A DNA stretch of 64,000 nucleotides from Chiloscyllium plagiosum (lineage: Eukaryota). The number at the start of each line of letters is the position of its first letter. Position 1 is the stretch's first letter. Both the position numbers and the translations under genes were made by a program. The DNA lies in assembly GCF_004010195.1 (NCBI RefSeq), contig NC_057718.1:87478606-87542605 (forward strand), read 5' to 3'. The notes beneath the pieces are model-generated. The model was not told where the DNA came from and did no database searches. It saw nothing but the letters and a program-made list of their open reading frames with translations. Below, piece after piece: positions 1 to 12,945 of the stretch.

Positions 1-53
1 TCTCCATTATAAAGTGTTGTCTTAAATCCTTCTCCCCCACCCTCTCTGAGGTA

Positions 54-368
54 CAGTAAATCCTCTGTATCTGCAAAATTACAAATTACAAGTTTGTCTA
101 TTTGTGCCAAAAAATAAGTCTCAACAAAAATCCACATCCGCAGGTAAAATAACTAGCTCTGCACTCATGAATTTCATCATTCGTGAGGATTCTCCGGAAT
201 GGAATCCTCGCAGATATGGAGGAATTGAGAGTGTGGTGCTGAAAAAAACAGCAGGTCAGGCAGCATCCAAGGAGCAGGAGAATAGACATTTTGGAAATAA
301 GCCCTTCATCATCTCTGACCTCCAGCATCTGCAGTCCTCACTTTCTCCCAGATATGGAGGAATGTCTG
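54..368 (+). mobile_element. Short pogo/Tigger-like MITE interrupted by a Penelope-type terminal fragment
   Basis: Imperfect TIRs ta|cagtaaatcctctgtatctgc ... cagatatggaggaatgtctg; related copy at 12946-13156. Confidence 0.65.
226..348. mobile_element. Penelope-like terminal-repeat fragment with 15-bp target duplication
   Basis: Flanked by direct repeat cagatatggaggaat (211-225 and 349-363); same family as the ends of 14630-15412. Confidence 0.7.
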
Positions 369-1472
369 GACTCATGCACCTGTTGGCTCCAAAATTGAAA
401 CTATCTAGTCAGTTATCCCTGACACTTTGTTTATCCCACCCAACCCAAATTAAACTTTCCCTCAATGTTGCCCTAGCCCTGAACTCTGCTATCTTCCTTC
501 AAGTTCTCTCCAAGCTCATCCTGATTATGCAATCCACCTCCTCCCTCAACTCTATTCTCACCTGATTCTTCACTAACCAACTCTTTACCTGATGTTAATG
601 GTTCCCTTGTACGGTATTGTATCCTTATTCTTCAATTTTTCATCAGAAAATGCCCTCCTTCATTTTGTTTGTAAACTGTTTCCTAACTCGTAACATCACT
701 ATGTTCTCAAAGTGCCCTGAATGTGTTGCTACCTTCTAATATTGCTACTACATTGCCTGCAACTATATTTAGGAACCCTTTCATTCTGATTCCCACCAGT
801 GCCCCCGTACTGAAATAGCTCTCATATATTTTTTGCAAATGACATTTTTTTGACTTGTTGACCATATCATCCTCCTTCAGTACTCCCTTTGTTGTCCACA
901 TATGGTTCCATTTCTATCTATTCAGTTATAGCCATAAAATCACATTCAAAGTTGGATTCTTATTCATACTTCTGCCTTATGTCTGCTAACTTACTTTGCT
1001 TCAGGTCTGGCAAACACTGAGATTCAAAATTCCACCCAGATTTTTAGATTCCCTTATAATTTCATCCCTTCATTCCTGTAAAATCGATGCCTATCCAATT
1101 CTAGACTCTTGAGCGTATTGGACTTTATTTTCACCACCATTAGCAACTATGCCTTGGCTGTGAACTCTACATTTCCTCGCTAAATCTTTCTGCACTACAT
1201 CATCTCCTTTTGGGGAATTCCTTAAAACCTACATGACTAGTAAAGCTCTTATTCACATGTCATAACATGTGTTGAAAAAAAATTCCTTCTGATAATTGGT
1301 CTTTTGGCGGGCTTTCCTAAGTTAAAACGTCTACAAAATACAAGTAGTTGATGTACTGAAAAAAGCTGAGTGTGCTGTTTCGTAATTCATTAAACTGAGC
1401 ACATTGTGTGTTAGGAAAACACTTCAGAATTGCTATTATACACTAAAGTAAACTTTGAAAAGCAGCAGTGTG

Positions 1473-3845
1473 CAACAACAAAAACAAATTGCTGGAAAAG
1501 CTTAGGTTTGGCAGCATCTGTGGAGAGAAAGCCAAGTTAATGTTTAGAGTCCAGTGGACCTTCAGAACCAATTTTAGGTAGGAAACATTGGTAGATAGGC
1601 GAATGGAGATGGAGCCCAAAGAGAGAGGGAAACATGGGATAATGGGTAGCTGTTAATGGGGACAATTAATGGCTGACAACAAATCATTTGTGGAATCAGT
1701 CTATGGTCTGACAAGGCCTAGTGAGTGGGAGTTGGTATGAGGACATGGGAAAAGGTGCTAAAGCCCTCAAATTGATAGTCCAGAAGACTGCAGGATTCCC
1801 AAGCAAAACATGAGGTGCTGTTCTTCCATCTTGCATTGAGCTTCACTGGAGCACTGCAGTAAGCCAAAGACACAGATGTTGGCCAGGAAACAGTATATTG
1901 AAGTGGCAAGCAACTGGAGGGTTAGGGTCATCTTTGCAGACAACATTGGTGTTGTATGAAACGGTCACCCAGCTACCCTTCATCTCCTAGGTGTTACCAA
2001 GAGCACTATGTGAGCAGCAAATACAGTAGATTGGATTGACCAAAGTGGATGGCACAGTGGTTAGTACTGCTGCCTCACAGCGCCAGAGACCTGGGTTCAA
2101 TTCCCGCCTCAGGCGACTCTATGTGGAGTTTGCACATTCTCCCTGTGTCTGCGTGGGTTTCCTCCAGGTGCTGGCTGTGGCATCCTGCCGGAGGTCGCAG
2201 AAATACTGCTGATGATTCATCAGATGTGGATTCTGGAGGGATGTTGGGAACCCTATTGCTGTAATGGAAGGGAAGGTGGGTGAGGGCAGAAATGAGAGAG
2301 ATGGGTCAGACATAGTTGAGGGCCCTATTGACCAGGCTTGTGGAGAATTCCCAATTGAAGAAGGAGGTCGACATTTTGGAGTCAAATTTGGCATCACCAG
2401 AACAGATGCGGCGGAGACGGAGCATTTAGGAGAATGGTATAGAATCTTTACAGGAATCAGGATGTGAGGATGTATAGTCAAGGTAACTGTGGGAAATTGG
2501 TGGCTTGAATTAGTGGCCAGCCTACCCCAGAAATGAAAACCGTCAAGGAAGAGAAAGGAGGACTCAGAAATGGACATGGTGAAGGTGAGAGCAGGGTGGA
2601 AATTGGAAGCGAAATCAACAAATGTTTGCAATTCTGGAGAAGAGAGGGAACCAGCACTGATGATGTAATCAATATACTGGAGAAAGTGTTGTGGGTTGGG
2701 CCAGAGTAGGACTGGAACAAGGAATGTTCCACATACCCCACATAGACTGGCAAAACTGGGGCCCATCTGGGTCTCCAAAGCCACTCCTTTGACCTGAAGA
2801 AAGTTGGAGGAACTAAAGGAGCAGTTATTCAGTGAGGACAAAATTGGCCAGGCAGAGGAGGGTGATGGAGGCTGGGGATGATTCAGGCCCCAGGAAGAAC
2901 TGGACAACCCTGAGACCATCCTGATGGGGGATAGATGTGCAAAGAGATTGCATGTCCGTGGTGGATTGTGCAAACTGGAAATTCTGAAACTGACATAAAG
3001 CGCCAGGAGTATTACGGATATAAGCAGGAATGGACTGGACAAGTGGAAGAAAATTGTTTCTGCCTGCCCCTCTCTCTCTCTCTCTCAGAACCCATGAGTC
3101 TGCGCTGGCAGATGTTTTGTTTGGATCTTGGGAAGGAAGTAGAAGCGGGCTATATTGGGTTGGCAGACTGAGAGCTTGGAGGCAGTTGAGGGTAGATTTC
3201 TAGATGAAATGAGTTTAGTGACAGTTGTGGACACAATAGCATAGTGTTCCATTATGACATCATGGTCTTTGGGGAGTGGCTGTGGAAGAGGGGGTGTCTG
3301 AGAGTTGGTACTCAGCCTCCACGATGTAAAGATTAGTGTGCCAACAAATAACAGCACTACCCTTGTCAGAAGGCTTGATTACAAAGTCAAGGTTGGATCT
3401 GAGAGTATGGAGTGCACTCAGTTCGGGGGGTGGTTAGTTGGAATGGATAAGGGAGCAGAGAAATTGAGGCAACAATTGTCATATGGACAGTTCTCAAACA
3501 GATCAAGTGGAGGTAACAGGCCAGGTGTAGGGAAAAATGTTGGAGGCAGGTGAAGGGATCTGTGGAACAGAGTGGACTCTTGTCCAAAGAAATGAGCATG
3601 GAAGCAAAGGTGACAGAACAAGAGTTCAACATCATGGTGGGAGCTCAGAGGGATAAAACTAAGACCTTTGCAAAGTACAGAATGTTCAGCTTCAGAGAGC
3701 AGAAGATCAGAAGGGATATAAATACACAAATGGAGGTGGAGTTTGGAGAGGGAATGGAGTCAAATGGAAGAGTGGAGGAAGGTTCAAGAGGGTAATGGGT
3801 ATCTCTAAGTTGTTGCATCTTGCGTTTCTTAATGCCTGAAAGGAA
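1473..3845 (-). mobile_element. Decayed Penelope-like retroelement (RT, GIY-YIG end and terminal repeat), interrupted by a SINE
   Basis: ORF 2119..3042 has PLE RT motifs FLQVKGVALETQMGPSFASL, FLQYIDYII, FVDFASNFHPALTFT; ORF 3418..3729 has LSEAEHSVLCKGLSFIP. Many frameshifts. Confidence 0.8.
2049..2172 (+). mobile_element. HE1-type tRNA-derived V-SINE, 5' part only
   Basis: A box tggcacagtgg, B box ggttcaattcc, then the V-domain start tgtggagtttgcacattctcc. Confidence 0.9.
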
Positions 3846-4023
3846 AAGCTATCCAGAAAAGCTGTACGGCAACTCACTTTTTGGAATCCTGGCTTGTGTT
3901 AACCCTGTGGTATGAATTAAGAGGTCTTGAATTGTCAAGGAAATATGTTGGTTTATGACTTCACACTTCAATGTTAGTGTGTATCGGGTTGCCTCAACCT
4001 AACTTTCTGTGGGTTTTTTTCAG

Positions 4024-4074
4024 CGAAGATGTCAAGAAAACTAAGCTTGCCGACTGAACTGAAGCCTGACTTGG
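4024..4074 (+). CDS. STXBP5: Tomosyn-1 exon, 51-nt (17-aa) hypervariable-region cassette: (A)KMSRKLSLPTELKPDL(D)
   Basis: Acceptor ctaactttctgtgggtttttttcag|, donor TTGG|gtaagt, phase 1-1. Translation matches vertebrate tomosyn-1 AKMSRKLSLPTDLKPDL (recalled). Not in the ORF track. Confidence 0.93.
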
Positions 4075-4639
4075 GTAAGTGTGAACACTGACGTGCCACC
4101 TGGTGTTAAAGTGATCTTTGTGCTACTATTTGTATGTAACTGAAAATCAAAACTTAGTGGTACATGCTGATCCACCAGTCTATGCTGATAGCACTTGAAG
4201 TTTGAATGAACCTTGTTTTTGTGGTATTGCTGTTACTATAGTAATATTAAGTTCTGTTCACTGGTCTGTCTATAAGCACCAACCTTTGTAATTATTCAAG
4301 AATGAGATTGAGGAAGAGAGTAGGTACGCATCATGCTATAGTGAGTTCAACAAATGAGAAGTTGACGTTTCTTTTGTTTAGCCATAACATTATTGTCTGA
4401 AAAAGCATGCAATCAAAACCATGGCACTTCCTCACAAACCTTGGACTTCCACCACTCAAAGATGAGAGCAACAGTTACATGGAAACTCAATCACACCTGA
4501 ATTCTGCTCCAAGGTGCCTGTGTCACCCCAATATGGACAAATATTTTCGATCTTCAACTATTGCTGAATCAAGATTTTGGAACCCACTGCTAAATAATTT
4601 TATGGGGGATGTTTTCCCGACATGGTCTTTGGCAGGTCA

Positions 4640-5450
4640 TTAAAGAGAAGATAGGTTACAAGAGGATTTAGATATGTTAAATGAATGGTCAATGATCTGG
4701 CAAATAGCATGTAATGTGAAATGTCAATTTTGACAAACAATAAGGAAGCTTATCAAAATATTGAAAGATTGCAGAACTTCTGATCAGTCTGGGGGTCCTA
4801 GTTTGAGTCTCTAAGGGTCCATCTGCAGATATAGGAGGTAATTAGGAAAGCTAATAAAAGTTATTGTTTGAAAGGGGAACCACGTGGGAAAAGAAAGGTT
4901 ACACTTCATTTATACAGGGGATTGATGGACCACATCTAGAGAACAGTGTACAGTATTAGTCTCTTTATTAAAGGAAGGATGTAAATGTGTTGGATGCAGT
5001 TCAGGGAAGGTTTACTAGACTAATAATTGGATTGTATGATATAAGGGAAAATTGGAAAGGTTAGGCTCTGCTTGTATCCATTGGAAAAACAGTACATTAT
5101 GTGGTGACTTGTTTGAAACACAAAAATCCTGAGACATGTTGACAGTGGATGTGGAAAGGATGTTTCCCCTCAGGGTTATCATGTAAAAATAAGGGGTAGC
5201 TCATTTAAGATGGATGAGAATGTTTTTACAATGTCATATGTCTTCAGAACCTCCTCAAAAGGAAGTGGAGACAGAGCCTTTGCATACTTTTAAGGTGGGA
5301 TAGTTACATTCTTGATGAGTGAAGGTATGAAAGTTTATTGAATCTGAACAGACATGGAGTAATCAGATTGGCCATGATCTTAGGAATGTTTGCACAGGCT
5401 TCAGGGCCACTGTGGATTTTTTTCTTCTTCATAATTCATATGTCATTACA
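4640..5450 (+). mobile_element. Old CR1 LINE 3' fragment
   Basis: Degenerate CR1 RT C-terminal sequence (LQEDLD.L.EW; V..W...L.KDV..L..VQ.RFT) and 3' tail. Confidence 0.65.
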
Positions 5451-5550
5451 TATGTATTAGGCCTGCTACACTCTGCTTTAAGGGTAGGTGGTGATGTCAC
5501 CTCATCAACAATTCAGAATGCCTGACAATTGTTCTGACTCCTTAACCATT

Positions 5551-7100
5551 GTAAGATAAGACGCAAGCAGAATTAGGCCATTTGACTTGTCATGTCTGAT
5601 CCACCATTCAATCACCGGTTGATATGTTTCTGAATCCCATTCTCCTTCTCTCCATAACCCTTGATTAGATTAGATTACTTAGTGTGGAAACAGGCCCTTC
5701 GGCCCAACAAGTCCACACCGCCCCGCCAAAGTGCAACCCACCCATACCCCTACATTTACCCCTTACCGAACACTACAGGCAATTTAGCATGTCCAATTCA
5801 CCTGACCTGCACATCTTTGGACTGTGGGAGGAAACCGGAGCACCCGGAGGAAACCCACGCAGACACGGGGAGAACGTGCAAACTCCACACAGTCAGTCGC
5901 CTGAGGCGGGAATTGAACCCGGGTCTCTGGCGCTGTGAGGCAGCAGTGCTAACCACTGTGCCACCGTGCCGCCCTTGGTTCCCTACCAATCAAGAACCTA
6001 TCTATCTCTGTCTTAAATACACTCAATGACTTGGCCCCCACAGCCTTCTGCAGCAATGAGTTCCACTGATTTGCCACCCTCTGGCAGAAGAAATTCCTCC
6101 TCATCTCCATTCTAAAGAGTTGTTTTTTCACTGAGGCTGTGGTCTTGTGTCCTAGTCTGTGCTCATGAAAACATCTCCACATCCATTCTGCCCTGTTCTC
6201 TTAGTATTCTGTAGGTTTCAATCAGGTTCTCTCTTCCCCCCCCGGCTTCTCGCCCCCCCCCCCGGCGCAATCAAGCACAGACCTAGAGACCTCAACCACT
6301 CCACATATGACAGGCCCTTTATCCTTGGGATCATTCTTGTAAACCTTCTCTGGATCCCCTCCAACACATCCCATTCTTCCTCCATTCCATTGTTGGCAGG
6401 ACCCAAAACTGCTTTCAGTATTCCAAATGCAGTCTGACCAAAATCTTATACAGCCTCAGCAGACATTTCTGCTCTTATAATCTAGCCCATTTGCCTTCCT
6501 AACTGCCAACTGAACTTGCATGTTTAGCTTAATAGAACCCTGACTAGGACTCCCAAGCCCCTTTGTGCTTCAGATTTCCAAAGTCTTTCCCTGTTTAGAA
6601 AATAGTCTATGCCTCTATTCTGCCTACCAAAGTGCAAAACCTCGCACTTGCCACATTATACATCATCTGCCACTTGTTTGTCCACTCTCCTAGCTGTCCA
6701 GGGCCTTCTGCAGCCTCCCCATTTCTTCAACATTACCTGTCACTCATCTGTCTTTGTAATCTGCACACTTAGCACCGATGCCCTCAGTTCATTTGAGCCA
6801 GCACGGACCCATGCAGAACTCCACTCGTCATCGGCTACCATTCTGAAAAAGACCTCTTTATCCCTATTCTCTGCCTTCTCCCAGCTAGCCAGTACCTTGC
6901 CCCTAACACCACGGGTTCTTATTTTATCTCAGCCTGCTGTGCAGGACCTTGTGAAAGGCCTTCTGGAATTCCGGACGGATCGCATCCACTGCTTTCCTTT
7001 ATCTAATTTGCTTGTTTACCTCTTTGAAGAATTCCAACGGGTTTCTCATACATGACCTCCCCTTAATGAAGCCATAATAACTCAGCTATAATTTACTTCT
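5551..7100 (-). mobile_element. CR1 LINE 3' fragment, interrupted by an HE1 SINE
   Basis: ORFs 5949..6182 (FRMEMRRNFFCQRVANQWNSL) and 6218..6406 (LEGIQRRFTRMIPRIKGLSY) are CR1 ORF2 C-terminal motifs. Confidence 0.85.
5664..5974 (-). mobile_element. Full-length HE1-type V-SINE (young)
   Basis: GGGCGGCACGGTGGCACAGTGG head with A/B boxes, V domain, CR1-derived tail and (TCTAA)n end; CpGs intact; imperfect TSD ccttgatt/ccttggtt. Confidence 0.95.
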
Positions 7101-8699
7101 TGCACTTCCAAGATAAACTTTCTGTAATCAATATAAGCAACAGTTTTAATTAATAGCGCATAAATTTGGCTATTTTTCCATTCCAGGATGTGAAGCCAAG
7201 TTCACAGCCCTAGATGTTGAATGCTTCCTCCTCCATCAGAAGCCTGTGTTATTACTGCTGTTTAGTAATTTCTTCCCATATGTTGCCAGGTCTATTTCTA
7301 TTCACAGCCTGTAATGCTTTATAAAATACTTTTTTATGGAGTGCTACAGCAGCTGCTGTATTTCTCAGTCCTGCTCTTAATCAAGCCTATTTAACAGCAA
7401 CTGCAGATTGTTGAATTTTTGATTAAGCATGAAGCTTTTGAGGAGTTCCATATCATCATCTAATGTCAACTGACCTTTTGGTTATCTAGCTCTGACCTGT
7501 GTCCAAGATTTGCACTTCTCAATAGCTAAATTATGAAACCATGTTGATATCAGATCTGTACATTCAAAACCTGGGCCACGAAGATTACAAAGTCGGGGCA
7601 CAGCTGAGTACACGGAATGTGGATCATGATTTGACTTTACTCGATGTACTTACTGTTCACCTTTATTCCAGTGAAGACAGTTGAGTGTTGTGAGCTTAAA
7701 CTCCTCCTTCATTTAAAAGCAAAATATTCTACTCTGCCTTCACAAGGAGACTGTCCCATGCATGTCCCTGGCCGAATGGGGACATAGCACCAAAACATTT
7801 CATGGGTGATGGTGAATCAGCATCTTCTGTTTTCAACCACCACCAGGAGTTAATATCACCCCTCTATTGACCTGTTACGTTGACCTACCAACTTTGTGGT
7901 CCTACCCATAAAGGATTTTGGCTACTTCACACTTTTCATTCCTGTATATTTGATAGGTCCCAATTTTCCGATGGCCAGATAATTCTTTCTACAGTGTAGA
8001 TGGGCATTGTGTGTCAGGAGACTGAGGAAATCGCTTGGCAAATTTAGGTTTTAACTGGCAATTCACCTGTGCCTAGAATGCTCTGAAAATATCCATTTAA
8101 ATCAGAGAATTTGAGGGTTCGACTGCAGTTAAGTTAGCCAGGAAACATTGCACAATTAAGTACCTGGCCTAACTCCTGACTGCTCAACTTACACCACCTC
8201 CAGATCCCTTGCATCCCCTTGGATCATGATGCCATCTTCTCCCTTAACCTGCAAGAGCCAACACGCACCCCTCTTCCTTAGGACTTAATATACCCCACCT
8301 CCCTTTATCACCAGATCTGATATCCCACTCCTATCAGGATCCAGGACCTCCCCCTATACCTGCCAGAATCAACCAGCCTTCCACACTGAGTTGCTTGCTT
8401 GGCATGCGTGTACACTAGCAACCTGCTACCCTACCCATCTGGCACCCCAATTTCACTTAACTTGAACACTTAGTCACTTTGACAGCTGCTTTGAAATAGT
8501 ATGTTCTGTATTGGACATTGAAATGACGCAATTTGACAACTACTGTGAAAGCAGCATAATTTGCCTTCCAACTAATGTGCTCATCTATGAGGACATAGTT
8601 GTATTAAAGGTACACTTGGTATTTCTGCAGGACCCATGATGGGGTTCTCCTGGCAGAAATCTAGAGCTCTTTCTTACCGTATGAAATGAAGGAGCAGAG

Positions 8700-8900
8700 C
8701 TGCAAGCTAACAATGCTTATCACTCCTTGAAATGTCAGTCCCCTGGTCACCAGATATTACGAAGTGCTTTACCTGTAGATTTTTTGGAAATTTCGTCATT
8801 GTTATTTTGTCAGGAGATGAGGCAACCCTTCTGTGCACAAGGTCCCATAGATACCAATGAGATATCAACAGATTCATCTGTTTTAAACATACTGCCTCAA
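8700..8900 (-). mobile_element. Deu-domain SINE 3' fragment (decayed)
   Basis: Reverse complement resembles the 3' half of the copy at 46075-46480. Confidence 0.5.
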
Positions 8901-9286
8901 AACTTCTGATCACTATTCAAACAGATCTGCCCAGGTCTCTGACAGCTCTATTACAGCCTGTTGTGTCAGCTTTGACATAGTGTAAGGGAGGTGAGACTAT
9001 GCCCACTGTGATATCAGGGGACCAGGAGCCTCCCTTCAGGGTAGCAGCAACCCAGCATAAGGATTTTAATTTGAGGATAATTGTCATGAAACTATTGTGG
9101 ATATTTTTAGACATTAGTTTCTTTTGAGAATTTTAATAATGTTTTTATTGATTGCAGTGAAAGGATGGAGTAGTACGTTGGTACGGTGGCTAAGGAGGCA
9201 AATGTGAGCATTTGGGGTAGGTCATGAAGATGGGGCTGTGGGGTAGGTAAGAGGAGCTGAGACAGTGGGGAGTTGGGAAGGGTTAA

Positions 9287-12200
9287 TTTTTTTTTATTGA
9301 AAACCTTTTTAAATCTTCTACAAAACATCTGTTCACAAAAAACAAAGAATAACACCATCAAAATAGAAAAATAGAGGCAGTACAACAAAGCCATGACACA
9401 ATACTATTATTAATAAATGACCTACTATTCTATCAGAACAAATATATCCACTTAACTTAAACTAAACTACAAGCATATTAAATAAATACTAACTTAAACT
9501 AAATTCAAATAACTGAAGTAATATCTCACTAGTTTATTCTATCTCACTCATCACACTTCCACTGAAACCTCCCGGCCTCCTCTTCCTAGGGCCCCATACT
9601 GATTCCCATGGCTATACCAAGGCCCTAATTAATATTGTTGGTAAGTCTGCGTCAATATAATTTAAAAAGGGCCACCATGTCTGGTAAAACTGCTCCGTTT
9701 TGTGGTGCACCATATTTGTGAGGTAGTCTTGGCTGGTGATGGAGCATCTCTCCCTACACCACCCCATAAGACCTGGTGGTTTTTCTGACGTCCAATTCAG
9801 CTGACTGTTCTTCCTTGCACAATGGGTAAGAATGTTACGCAGTGTCTTCCTGTGTTCCTCCAGGATGTCCTTTAGCTCCCTTACAATAGCACTCCAGTAT
9901 CTCTGGATCTTACAACATGACCAGTAGCAGTGTGTGAGTGTGCCTATACTAATTTTACATTTGGAGCATCCTGGTGACGCTCCTCTTTTGAACGTAGCTA
10001 GCCTCTCTGGCGCCATATGAGCCTTGTGTAAGATCGTCAATTGCATGGCCTGCGCTCTGTTACATACTGATGTTTTCCTTGTATTTTCCTTGCATTTCCC
10101 CATACTGAAATTTTCCTTGCATTTCCCCATGTATCTTCCCTTACCTCCGATGGAATATCCTCTCCTAACTCTCGATTCCACGTTCTACAGAGTTGTTCCA
10201 TGTCCCTGCGCTGTGAGGCAGCAGTGCTAACCACTGTGCCACTGTGCCACCCACAGTGCCACCGTGCCACCCACTGTGCCACCGTGCCACCCACGGGCAC
10301 GGTTGTGTCCCTTCGGGCACAACCTTTCTGTAAATGATATAAAGTACTGAGTGAAAGAGCACCTCTACACCAGAGTACTCTTCTCTCCACATCTAATTTG
10401 TAACACTGGACCAGGAGCTCTGTATATAGTCCCTTATCTGAAAGTATCGGAAAAGGTCCCTATTAGGCAATCCATATTTCTGACTTAACTGGCTAAATGA
10501 CATCAGGACCTTCCCCTCGAATAAATCTCTGACAGGAGATTCCCTTATTCTCCCATGCCTTAAAACCAGAGACCATTGCCCTAGGTTTAAATCCTTGGGC
10601 TCCCACCAAAGGGTTAAATGACGAAGTCTTAGACCAGTTGCCCTCGTCTTGCCTCATTATCCTCCAGGCTGTCACCGTATTTTAAATAATTGGGCTCTTA
10701 CACTGCTGGGTCACAGATTTCATCTAATCCATATTTAATAAATTAAAGGACATCTCTAGTGCAGGGCTTCAATATCAAGCCAAATTGACTCCGAATTCCC
10801 CCATACCCAGTCACCAACGTATGTTAACAGGGCATTTATTTGATATTTCTTCAAATCTGGAAGATCCACCCCTCCCTTACCTTGTGAAAGCTGCAATTTA
10901 GTGAATTTAGAGGATGCTTGTGGCACCAAATAAAGGACCTTACCCAACCGTTGAGCCTCCGTAATACACGTCTGGGTAACAACAACAGGAACATTCTCAT
11001 GGGGTACAACAGGCGGGTAAGAACATTTATTTTAATCAGGGCTATTCGGCCCAACCATGATAACAGTAGCCCCTCACACCACTGCAAATCCTGTTTTATC
11101 CTCTCTCATACTTGTACATGGTTAGCTTTACACAGCTGGCGGAAGGAAGAGATATTAAAAATTGCCAAATACAAAAAAACCTTTTGACGACCATCTAAAC
11201 GGGAACTGCATTCCACCTTTGAGATTAGGCATCTCCACTAATCCCCCTACTGGCATGGCTTCCGATTTTGTAAAATTGATCCGTAACTGGAGAAACTGCA
11301 GTATGAATTAATTGTTTGAATCAGTCTAGGAAGACTTCTCCAGATTGGCCAAAATCAAAAGGACATCGTCAGTATATAGGGTGATCTTATGCTTCCTACC
11401 CTTGGTGCTACTATTTCAGGATCCCTCCTGATAGCTTTGACTAACTGCTCAATCGCCAAGGTAAATAACAGCAGTGATAGAGGACACCTCTGTCGACTAC
11501 CTATCCCAATGTTAAAGTTATCTGATGTAGTACCGTTCGTAATGACTGCCACCGTAGGATCATTATATGATACTGCCACCCATCTGGCAAAGGAGCCCCC
11601 CAAACCAAAGCGCTCTAGGACCCCCGAATAGATACGGCCATTCTATCTGATCAAACACCTTTTCTGCATCTAGGGACACCACCAAACCCGGAATCAATCT
11701 TTGCTGGCATACCTGCACTATGTTCAGTACCGTCCTGACGTTGTTGGAGCAGCTACAGCCCTTAACAAAACCTGTCTGGTTTTCTTTTATAATATGGGGC
11801 AGGAACTTGTCCAACTTCAGAGCCAGCGTCTTGGATAGAATTTTAAAATTTACATTCAATAGCGAAATTGGTCTGTATGAAGCACATTCTTCGGGGTCTT
11901 TCCCCTTCTTTAAAATGGAAGATATTAGCCTTCCGAAGAGAAAAAAGCAGACAATCCTGTGCATATGAATAGTTATACATCCCCAGAAGTGGCTCCACTG
12001 ACATGTTTATGAATTCCTTACAGAATTCAGTTGGGAATCCATCTGGCCCTGTTGCTTTGCCACCCTGGAGATGCCTTATTGCTTCCTGCAGTTCCTGTAC
12101 CTTTATAGGTGCATTCAAAAGGGAAGCCTGTTCTGTGTTTATATTGGGGAGGTCCAGATTTTCAAAAAAGGACTGCATTCCCATTGTACCTTGTTTACCC

Positions 12201-12446
12201 CCTTCGGACTGATATAGCTCTGCAAAGTATTCCCTAAACCTAACATTGATCATCTTCAACTCACAGGTAATCGTACCAGCCTTCTCCCTAGCATATGTAA
12301 TAGATTGGGAAACTTTTTTCCTCCTCGTAACTGTCTTTGTTTGGCAAAGGAAGTCTCTTTTTTTTTTAGCCACTTGTGTGTGCAATGAGTTGAGAGCAGC
12401 CCAGAGAGCTGTGATCCACTGCAGCTTAACCAGTGACGGCCTATTA
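9287..12446 (-). mobile_element. 5'-truncated L1/Tx1-clade LINE (ORF2 RT and Cys-rich tail), frameshifted
   Basis: Fragments KGKDPEECASYRPISLLNVNFKILSK, GSRQRCPLSLLLFTLAIE, LSWLGRIALIKINVLTRLLY, CSKCKISIGTLTHCYWSC; AATAAA merging into poly(A) at 9287-9299 on the minus strand. Confidence 0.9.
10208..10305 (-). mobile_element. HE1 SINE head fragment with a triplicated 20-nt unit, inserted in the L1
   Basis: Minus strand reads (gggtggcacggtggcacagt)x3 then ggttagcactgctgcctcacagcgc; flanked by tgtccct repeats. Confidence 0.8.
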
Positions 12447-12945
12447 TTTTTTCTGAGTTACCTTCAGCCAACCCTCCAGCATCCATTGCTGCTCCTCCCT
12501 CTGGGAATAGTTGATTTAATAATTACCCAGATGTTAGAGCAGGTTCTAATCCCCATAGCCTTTTGAAGGATAATTATTAAGCAAGTCAGAGCCCTCTGAA
12601 GTCTCCATTTCTATCTGAGTTGTAGACTACTTTGGCAGTAACTACCTGTCAGAAGTTTGAATTCTATGGATTCAGCTGCTTTAGGACTCCCACGTGATCC
12701 CAACACAGATCTCCAATCTCTGCTTAAGCAAGAGTGATCTTCCACAGTCAGAAGATCTGGCACATTGAGAGATGGAATTAGTCCGGGCTCAGAAGAAAAT
12801 ACCGCTTTTCTTCAAAGTAATCCACAAGTGAGAGGGCAAATGGGGTCGTGGTTTAACTTCTCATCTAAAAGCCACCTCATTACTACACTAATTCTGCTGT
12901 TCATGATCTTCAGAATTGAACCCACAACTTTTTTTGATTTACGTG

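Noticed and set aside
1..4023. Exons for the 36-aa b-tomosyn insert
   Set aside because: No matching peptide with splice sites found; they are presumably upstream of the window or absent.
5900..5974. tRNA genes at A/B-box sequences (also 2049, 33300, 36310, 46085, 62150)
   Set aside because: They are SINE heads continuing into SINE bodies and do not form complete cloverleaves.
7187..7289. Possible exon after tatttttccattccag|
   Set aside because: 103 nt (not frame-preserving), weak donor (gtctat), and the peptide has no resemblance to tomosyn.
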